Below, piece after piece: positions 25,440 through 32,000 of a stretch of 32,000 nucleotides of DNA. This DNA is from Fastidiosibacter lacustris (GTDB lineage Bacteria > Pseudomonadota > Gammaproteobacteria > Francisellales > Francisellaceae). Numbering within the stretch: the first letter of the stretch is position 1; each line of letters starts with the position of its first letter. Under the pieces are notes generated by a model that worked only from the letters and a program-made list of their open reading frames with translations, was not told the origin of the DNA and searched no databases. Where the stretch lies: the NCBI RefSeq assembly GCF_003428155.1, contig NZ_QLIR01000009.1, positions 49,042-81,041 of the forward strand. The letters are read 5' to 3'. Position numbers and translations under genes: made by a program.

Positions 25440-28304
25440 TTATGCACTATTGTTTTCATCAAGTTTTAATGCTTTGCCAATCAGCTTATCCTGCTGTATA
25501 TGAAACAAAGCTGGATAACCAACAGCAGGCGCTGCTGCTGCTTTTCTGCCAACATAATTTAAGCTCTGCCCCTTGACCAACACTCTTCTTAATTCATGTT
25601 GAATCATCCACCATGCACCTTGATTTTCAGGCTCTTCTTGTACCCAAACAATATCACTAACATGCTGATATGCAGCAAGCACTGCCTCTAAATCTTGCTG
25701 TGGGAAAGGGTAAAGTTGTTCTATACGAATAATAGCAATGTCTTCAATCGCTTTTTCACGACGCTTAGATAACAAATCATAATATACTTTGCCAGAACAT
25801 AAAATCACACGTGTTATTTTTTCTGCTTTGATGTCATCGGTTTCATGAATCACATTATAAAAATGTCCATCTGCCAAATCTTCCAGACTTGAAAAGACAA
25901 GCGGATGGCGCAATAAACTCTTAGGTGACATCACAATAAGTGGTTTTCGATAAGCTCTTAGCATTTGTCTACGCAACATATGAAAAAGTTGTGCAGGCGT
26001 TGTTGGCACACAAATTTGCATATTATCATTTGCACAAAGCTGTAAAAAACGCTCTAGTCTAGCAGATGAGTGCTCCGCACCTTGACCTTCTTGACCATGT
26101 GGTAATAACATGACAAGTCCTGATAAAATACCCCATTTTTCTTCTGCTGCCGCAATAAATTGATCAATCACCACCTGAGCCGTATTGGCAAAATCACCAA
26201 ATTGTGCTTCCCAAATTACCAAACTTTCTGGTGCTGAACAACTATAGCCATAATCAAAACCAAGTACCGCATACTCAGATAGTACTGAATCAATAATATG
26301 ACACTGTACTTCAGGGTTAATGTGCTGCAACGGTATGTAATCAGGTAAATTGACATTATTATAATCATAGTTATGTAATACAGCATGGCGATGTGAGAAA
26401 GTACCACGTCCACAATCCTCACCTGATAAGCGTATACTATAACCCTCTACCAACAACGTGGCATAGGCAAGATTTTCAGCGAATCCCCAATTTGCTGTGC
26501 TTTCACCAGCAGCCATTTTGACTCGATCCTCAATTGTCTTTTTTACTTGTGGCTGCAAGATTAAGCCTTCTGGTAAATGATTGAGTTTATTCGCCAATTC
26601 AATCAACTTCTCCTTATCAAAACGCGTATCCACCCTTTGATCCCATTTTTGATTAAGATAAGGACGCCAATTTACAATACACTTAGTACTGCGTTGTTGT
26701 TGAGTCGTAATGACATCGGCAACAACTTGTTTATTTTGCAATTTATCTCTATAGGCTTTTGCCATTACATCGGCTTGTTCTTGAGAAACTACACCTTCTT
26801 TTTCTAACTTTTCAGCATAGATAGCACGAGTTGTTGGTAACTTTTTAATGATACTATACATCTTTGGCTGCGTACCGGACGGCTCATCGGCTTCATTGTG
26901 ACCATGACGACGATAGCACACTAAATCAATCACAATATCTTTGTTAAACATCATACGATAATCCATAGCAAGCCCTGCTACACGAACAACTGCTTCAGGA
27001 TCATCAGCATTAACATGCAACACAGGTGCTTCGACCATTTTTGCAATATCAGTACAATATAAACTACTTCTATTATCTTCTTTTTTATCTGTTGTAAAAC
27101 CAACTTGGTTGTTGATCACAATATGAATAGTACCTCCGGTTCCATAGTACCTTGTTTGTGACAAAGAAAAAGTTTCCATTATCACTCCTTGACCACAGAA
27201 AGCAGAGTCGCCATGAATTAAAATGGGAACTACTTTGCTAGGTGCTTCACCATGCTCAAAACAATCTTGTTTCGCTCTAACAGCACCTTCTACAACAGGA
27301 TCAACCGTCTCTAAATGTGATGGGTTAAAGGCAAGTGCTAAACGCACAGTTTCTTTTGGTGTCTTATGCCACGAAGCAAAGCCTAAGTGATATTTTACAT
27401 CCCCTGACAAGAATTTTTTATCTTGCTCACCTTCAAACTCTTTAAATAAATTTTCGGGTGATTTACCCATGATATTGACAAGTACATTCAAGCGCCCACG
27501 ATGCGCCATTCCCATACCTACCTCTTCCACACTCGCCTCACCTGCCTTATTGATAATCTCATTTAATGCAGGAATCATCGACTCTCCACCTTCAAGTGAG
27601 AAGCGCTTTTGACCAACATATTTCATGCCAAGATATTTTTCTAATCCTTCAGCAGCTGTTAAACGCTCTAAAAGCCATTCTTTACGTTCTTTAGATAAAT
27701 TTGGCGCTACCTTTTCTACCCGCTGACGAAACCACATCTTTTCCGCCATGTTGCTTAAGTGCATAAATTCATAACCAACGCTATCGGCATAAACTTGCTT
27801 AAGTTTAGCGATAATGTCTTTTAACAACATCGGTTTATAATCAGAAAAAATCCCAACGTTAAAACTTTCGTTTAAATTCTCTTTATTTAAGCCATGAAAT
27901 TCAAGGTCAAGCTCTGGTGTAACCTCAGGTAACTTAATGCCAAGTGGATCAAGATTAGCAATCTTATGACCAACACTACGATACATATAAACCAAATCCA
28001 TGACGGCTGAAATTTTATCCCCACCATCTGGATAATTGCTAGAGTCGACAATTATGCCTTGTGGCGTTGAAACAGCAAACCGAAATGGATTTTTGCTCAA
28101 CGCAATAAAATCTTCTCTAATCTGCGCATGCGATACATCATGTTGATTATTGCGTATACCATCAAAATATTGACGCCAACTGCTATCAACTAAATTAGGA
28201 TCTTTTAAATAGTCTTCATAAATTGCATCTAGATAAGCACTGCTACTACCTGAAAGTTGTGAACTTTCCAACCATAAAGACATTGAGTCTTGTGTTTCAC
28301 TCAT
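25440..28304 (-). CDS. sucA: 2-oxoglutarate dehydrogenase E1 component
   Basis: 954 aa. The N-terminus (LESSQLSGSSSAYLDAIYEDYLKDP) parallels E. coli SucA, and the length and position between sdhB and sucB fit. Confidence 0.95.
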   Translation of the reverse strand: MSETQDSMSLWLESSQLSGSSSAYLDAIYEDYLKDPNLVDSSWRQYFDGIRNNQHDVSHAQIREDFIALSKNPFRFAVSTPQGIIVDSSNYPDGGDKISAVMDLVYMYRSVGHKIANLDPLGIKLPEVTPELDLEFHGLNKENLNESFNVGIFSDYKPMLLKDIIAKLKQVYADSVGYEFMHLSNMAEKMWFRQRVEKVAPNLSKERKEWLLERLTAAEGLEKYLGMKYVGQKRFSLEGGESMIPALNEIINKAGEASVEEVGMGMAHRGRLNVLVNIMGKSPENLFKEFEGEQDKKFLSGDVKYHLGFASWHKTPKETVRLALAFNPSHLETVDPVVEGAVRAKQDCFEHGEAPSKVVPILIHGDSAFCGQGVIMETFSLSQTRYYGTGGTIHIVINNQVGFTTDKKEDNRSSLYCTDIAKMVEAPVLHVNADDPEAVVRVAGLAMDYRMMFNKDIVIDLVCYRRHGHNEADEPSGTQPKMYSIIKKLPTTRAIYAEKLEKEGVVSQEQADVMAKAYRDKLQNKQVVADVITTQQQRSTKCIVNWRPYLNQKWDQRVDTRFDKEKLIELANKLNHLPEGLILQPQVKKTIEDRVKMAAGESTANWGFAENLAYATLLVEGYSIRLSGEDCGRGTFSHRHAVLHNYDYNNVNLPDYIPLQHINPEVQCHIIDSVLSEYAVLGFDYGYSCSAPESLVIWEAQFGDFANTAQVVIDQFIAAAEEKWGILSGLVMLLPHGQEGQGAEHSSARLERFLQLCANDNMQICVPTTPAQLFHMLRRQMLRAYRKPLIVMSPKSLLRHPLVFSSLEDLADGHFYNVIHETDDIKAEKITRVILCSGKVYYDLLSKRREKAIEDIAIIRIEQLYPFPQQDLEAVLAAYQHVSDIVWVQEEPENQGAWWMIQHELRRVLVKGQSLNYVGRKAAAAPAVGYPALFHIQQDKLIGKALKLDENNSA

Positions 28305-28330
28305 AGTTTTACTCTTAACCTTCTTTGACC

Positions 28331-28363
28331 AAAATAAAAAAGCACTTACTTCATTTCAGCGCT
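28331..28363 (-). terminator. Weak intrinsic terminator/attenuator-like hairpin between sdhB and sucA
   Basis: The minus strand reads AGCGCT-gaaatgaagta-AGTGCT followed by TTTTTTATTTT. The stem is 6 bp and includes one G-U pair. The stem is weak, so the call is tentative. Confidence 0.3.
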
Positions 28364-28372
28364 CAACTAAAT

Positions 28373-29077
28373 TTATAAACTATTTTTCAACATCATTGAT
28401 CTAAGTTTACCGATAGCTTTTGTTGGATTTAAGCCTTTAGGACAAACACTCACACAATTCATAATCGTACGACACCTAAAGACACTAAATGGATCTTGCA
28501 ATGCTTCTAAGCGCTCTTTCGTTGCACCATCTCGTGAATCAATCACAAAACGATAAGCCTGTAACAATCCAGATGGTCCAATAAATTTATCAGGGTTCCA
28601 CCAAAAAGATGGGCAAGAAGTTGTACAACAAGCACATAAGATACACTCATATAGTCCATCGAGTTTAGCTCGATCTTCTGGTGACTGTAAGCGTTCTTTA
28701 ACAGGATTATCCCCTTCAACTGGAATTAAATAAGGTTTGACCTTCTCATAGTTCTTATAAAATTGATCCATATTAACGATCAAGTCACGAATAACAGGTA
28801 AGCCAGGTAAGGGCTGCAACTTAATTGGCTGACTTAATTCACCAATTGAGGTAATACAAGCCAATCGGTTTTTACCATTAATACTCATGCCATCTGAACC
28901 ACAAACGCCTTCACGACAAGAACGACGCACCGCTAACGTTGGATCTTGCTGCTTAATCAGCTCAATAGCAGTTAAAACTTTTGTACCTTCATTTTCGACT
29001 GTAACGGTATAATCTTGATAGTAAGGTTTTTTATCCACTTCAGGATTATAGCGATAAACTTTAAACTGAACTTTCAC
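28373..29077 (-). CDS. sdhB: Succinate dehydrogenase iron-sulfur subunit
   Basis: 234 aa with three Cys clusters: CREGVCGSDGMSINGKNRLAC, CILCACCTTSCP and CRTIMNCVSVCP. Confidence 0.95.
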   Translation of the reverse strand: MKVQFKVYRYNPEVDKKPYYQDYTVTVENEGTKVLTAIELIKQQDPTLAVRRSCREGVCGSDGMSINGKNRLACITSIGELSQPIKLQPLPGLPVIRDLIVNMDQFYKNYEKVKPYLIPVEGDNPVKERLQSPEDRAKLDGLYECILCACCTTSCPSFWWNPDKFIGPSGLLQAYRFVIDSRDGATKERLEALQDPFSVFRCRTIMNCVSVCPKGLNPTKAIGKLRSMMLKNSL

Positions 29078-29087
29078 CGATATCTCC

Positions 29088-30875
29088 TTAGTAGCTTCTG
29101 ACTTTTGGTTGGAATGGGTCTAATTTTAATGGCTGCATATTTACATCACGTGTAGAGAATCTATCCCCTTCTAGGAAATATAAGCTATGTTTTAACCAGC
29201 TCTCATCGTCACGCTTAGGATAGTCTTCACGCGAGTGTGCGCCACGCGATTCTTTACGCTGTAATGCAAGCACTGCCGTTGCCATCGCAGTTTCCATTAA
29301 ATTATCCAGTTCAAGTGCTTCAATTCGAGCGGTATTAAAAACGTGCGAATGATCCACTAAAGATGCTTTTTGTACACGCCCACGCAATGATTTTAAACGC
29401 TCTAAACCTTCTTGCATTTGATGTTCTGTTCTGAATACTGAGAAATCAATTTGCATTGCTTTTTGAAGCTCTGCTCTTAAAGTAGCAACACTTTCACCAC
29501 CTTTATTGTTTTCCCAACGTTGATAACGCGCTATCGCTGTATCAATTGCTTTATCAGTTACCTCTCGTTGCTGCATCCCTGCACGCAACACTCCTTCCGC
29601 GTGCATACCAGCAGCTCGACCAAACACAACCAAATCAAGCAATGAGTTTGAACCCAAACGGTTTGCACCATGCACAGATACAGATGCACATTCACCTACT
29701 GCATATAAACCTTCAATAACAATATCCTCACCATTTTTATTTTGTGTAATTGCCTGACCATATTTGTTGGTCGGAATACCACCCATCATATAATGGCAAG
29801 TCGGGACAACAGGAATGGGTGCTTTTAATGGGTCAACGCCTGCAAAAGTCATTGCCAATTCACGAATGCCTGGCAAGCGTTCTTTAATTACATTTTCATC
29901 CAAATGTGTTAAATCTAAATTAACGCAATCAACACCAGCGAATTTCAAACCACGACCTTCATTAATTTCTTGTTGAGACGCACGAGATACTACATCACGC
30001 GATGCTAGATCCTTGGCATTAGGCGCATAACGCTCCATAAAACGCTCACCATTTTTATTACGTAAAATTCCACCTTCACCACGACAGCCTTCAGTTACTA
30101 AAACTCCGGCACCTGCAATACCCGTTGGATGGAATTGCCAAAACTCCATATCCTGTAGTGGGAAGCCAGCACGAAGTGCCATCCCAATCCCATCACCCGT
30201 ATTGATGTGAGCATTAGTACTTGATTCATAAATGCGCCCAGCACCACCTGTTGCCAAAATCGTCACTTTAGACTGGAAGAATACAATTTCACTATTTTCC
30301 ATATTAAGCGCAATTACACCTGCTATCGCATTTTCAGACGATTTAACAAGATCAATCGCATACCATTCATTAAAAAACTTGGTTTCATGTTTTAAATTAC
30401 CTTGGTAAAGTGTATGCAATAGTGCATGCCCTGTTCTATCAGAGGCCGCACAGGTTCTTTTTGCAATATTGCCCACATTATAATTACGCGACATTCCACC
30501 AAAGGCACGTTGGTAAATCTTGCCATTTTCTAAACGTGAAAATGGCATCCCCATATGCTCAAGCTCGATAATAGCTTGTGGCGCATTTTCACACATAAAC
30601 TCAATAGCTTCTTGATCACCAATATAGTCAGAACCTTTAACGGTATCATAAGTATGCCATTTCCAATCATCAGATGGTAAATCATCATCAAATTCAACGT
30701 TTCCTAAAGCTGCGGCAATTCCGCCTTGAGCCGATACCGTATGCGATCTTGTTGGAAATACTTTTGATATCGCTGCGGTTTTAAATCCAGATTGTGATAA
30801 TTGAAACGCTGCTTGCATGCCAGCACCTCCGGCACCTACAACGATTGCATCAAATTGTTGTACTGCTATTTTCAT
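29088..30875 (-). CDS. sdhA: Succinate dehydrogenase flavoprotein subunit
   Basis: 595 aa with the FAD-binding motif [12 protein letters not shown] and the covalent-FAD His context [11 protein letters not shown]. Confidence 0.95.
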   Translation of the reverse strand: MKIAVQQFDAIVVGAGGAGMQAAFQLSQSGFKTAAISKVFPTRSHTVSAQGGIAAALGNVEFDDDLPSDDWKWHTYDTVKGSDYIGDQEAIEFMCENAPQAIIELEHMGMPFSRLENGKIYQRAFGGMSRNYNVGNIAKRTCAASDRTGHALLHTLYQGNLKHETKFFNEWYAIDLVKSSENAIAGVIALNMENSEIVFFQSKVTILATGGAGRIYESSTNAHINTGDGIGMALRAGFPLQDMEFWQFHPTGIAGAGVLVTEGCRGEGGILRNKNGERFMERYAPNAKDLASRDVVSRASQQEINEGRGLKFAGVDCVNLDLTHLDENVIKERLPGIRELAMTFAGVDPLKAPIPVVPTCHYMMGGIPTNKYGQAITQNKNGEDIVIEGLYAVGECASVSVHGANRLGSNSLLDLVVFGRAAGMHAEGVLRAGMQQREVTDKAIDTAIARYQRWENNKGGESVATLRAELQKAMQIDFSVFRTEHQMQEGLERLKSLRGRVQKASLVDHSHVFNTARIEALELDNLMETAMATAVLALQRKESRGAHSREDYPKRDDESWLKHSLYFLEGDRFSTRDVNMQPLKLDPFQPKVRSY

Positions 30876-30887
30876 TACTTATGCCCC

Positions 30888-31229
30888 TTAAAATAAAATA
30901 CAGATAAGCCAAATAAAGCAGGTAAAATATCCTACAATCGCTGCAACTTGCAAAATACCCGCAAACCAAGCACATTTTACATAGTCAGTAAAGATTGTCC
31001 ACATCCCAATCCAGGCATGTGCAATCAGCGCTAAAAATGCAAGTAATGTAAAGACTTTAACCCAAGTATTCTGGAAAATCGCCATCCACGTATGATAAGA
31101 ACCATCACCTGAAAGGCATAAAACAACAACTACAATAAAAATTGCATAAAGCATGATAATAATCGCGCTAATACGTTGTAAAAACCAATCCTTTAAACCT
31201 GAACGTGTACAACAAGTTACATTAGCCAT
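30888..31229 (-). CDS. sdhD: Succinate dehydrogenase hydrophobic membrane anchor subunit
   Basis: 113 aa from ATG 31229 (MANVTCCTRSGLKDWFLQRISA...) with 3 TM helices. It overlaps the sdhC stop by 13 nt. The ORF-track start at 31304 lies well inside sdhC. Confidence 0.8.
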   Translation of the reverse strand: MANVTCCTRSGLKDWFLQRISAIIIMLYAIFIVVVVLCLSGDGSYHTWMAIFQNTWVKVFTLLAFLALIAHAWIGMWTIFTDYVKCAWFAGILQVAAIVGYFTCFIWLICILF

Positions 31230-31606
31230 ATCCAAATCCCCCACAAAATTGTTACAAGCGAACCTAAAACAAGTACCATAATCGATGTTACTTTTGCACA
31301 GCACATTTCTTCACCAAATCCTAGGTCCATAATCAAATGACGGATCCCCGCAATCACGTGGTAAGACACAGCTGACAAAAAAATCCATACCACAATACTC
31401 CAAGGAGAATGGATCAATAGATTTTGAACGTAGTAAAAATCTCCACCACATCTCATTGACAAGCTAAATGCCCACAATAAAAATGGCAATAACACAACCA
31501 TTAGCACACCTGTAATACGATGTAAAATGGAGCTTATCGCCGTAATAGGGAAAGAATAGGATTTAATTGAGCCAAGTCCTATATTTCGTGGTCCTTGATC
31601 TTTCAT
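31217..31606 (-). CDS. sdhC: Succinate dehydrogenase cytochrome b556 subunit
   Basis: 129 aa from ATG 31606, preceded by AGGAG 6 nt upstream. It has the heme-ligand His context SSILHRITGV and 3 TM helices. Confidence 0.85.
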   Translation of the reverse strand: MKDQGPRNIGLGSIKSYSFPITAISSILHRITGVLMVVLLPFLLWAFSLSMRCGGDFYYVQNLLIHSPWSIVVWIFLSAVSYHVIAGIRHLIMDLGFGEEMCCAKVTSIMVLVLGSLVTILWGIWIWLM

Positions 31607-31902
31607 TTTTATCTCCTGCATATCAAGAAAACTAAGTGGTTATCACAAAATATCGTGTATTCTAGCATAAATAAAATCAAGCGCCACAGCGAAGAAGCAA
31701 GCAAATAAAATTAATCTCATACACAAAAGAAAACTCAATCGCGCATCTAAACAAAAATGGTGTATTGTATAGCCTAAATCAGCACACTAAAGATGGTTTT
31801 TTGATATTACATCAAATAGGAACAATAAATTAATCGCTTTAAAACTATGAAGATAAAATAAAAGCTTTAATTCTACACTTAACTACCCCCTTATACCCTA
31901 TT

Positions 31903-32000
31903 TTAACTATTTACAGAATTGTCAGTAACGCTTTTGTCATTATTTTTACCATTGTCGGCAAGTTTTAATAAGCTTGCTTTAGCTAGCTCAATTTGATAAC
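31903..32000 (-). CDS. Possible 3' end of an unidentified gene running in from the right edge
   Basis: My own translation of the minus strand gives an open frame from the window edge, ...YQIELAKASLLKLADNGKNNDKSVTDNSVNS*, with TAA at 31905-31903. It is only 31 codons, so it could be chance. Confidence 0.2.
   Translation of the reverse strand, partial: YQIELAKASLLKLADNGKNNDKSVTDNSVNS

Noticed and set aside
600-26807. Remaining short ORF-track entries: 600-809, 1398-1676, 4688-4888, 5515-5730, 8890-9102, 15022-15225, 15900-16100, 18293-18508, 21742-22032, 24167-24349, 25168-25425, 26216-26422, 26577-26807
   Set aside because: All lie entirely inside, and out of frame with or antisense to, long ORFs that carry clear family motifs. 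None has features suggesting a genuine overlapping gene.
31801-31815. TTGATattacATCAA about 190 bp upstream of sdhC, resembling an FNR box
   Set aside because: The spacer is 5 nt rather than the required 4, which puts the half-sites out of register for an FNR dimer. It does not fit the CRP (TGTGA-N6-TCACA) pattern either. I kept it only as a note.
1-32000. Search by eye for CRISPR-like regularly spaced repeats, transposase, integrase or recombinase genes, phage modules, toxin-antitoxin pairs or known defence genes
   Set aside because: None found. Every long ORF is assignable to a housekeeping family except the 103-aa HTH and the 115-aa secreted protein. The only repeats are the short ones reported above.

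Overview
Visibly AT-rich, gene-dense window with about 30 intact CDS and 2 tRNAs. It reads as core chromosome of a Gram-negative, most likely gammaproteobacterial, respiring organism; the taxon cannot be named without a database search. Left to right: cydB (partial) and cydA (minus strand); a divergent FNR-type regulator with a perfect TTGAT-N4-ATCAA box in the shared intergenic region; zwf-pgl-pgi (minus); trmL; rbsK and a Nif3-family gene; a phaR-like gene; an orphan small HTH gene; an hpf-ptsN-hprK(short)-rapZ-EIIA(Man)-HPr/NPr regulatory PTS operon with no rpoN upstream; a small secreted protein; tRNA-Arg(ACG) and tRNA-Gly(GCC) behind a consensus sigma70 promoter; a beta-CASP MBL hydrolase; an EamA transporter and greA; an ANL adenylating enzyme, a pabB-pabC fusion and pabA; mutY and apt; and sdhCDAB-sucAB (minus). 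I found no CRISPR array, transposase, integrase, phage module, rRNA or recognisable defence gene. Most of this is ordinary housekeeping DNA, and I cannot point to a clear-cut new multi-gene system. Most worth a second look: (1) the ANL-family ligase translationally coupled to pabBC-pabA, which has an atypical P-loop; (2) the 478-bp leader upstream of it, which has an exact 17-bp direct repeat and a perfect hairpin palindrome; (3) a kinase-domain-only HprK inside an rpoN-less PTS-Ntr operon; (4) an E2o (SucB) with two lipoyl domains that share a 65-bp identical DNA tract; (5) a 532-bp ORF-free gap upstream of zwf; (6) the orphan HTH gene. Several ORF-track starts were moved to downstream ATGs supported by RBS or homology logic.
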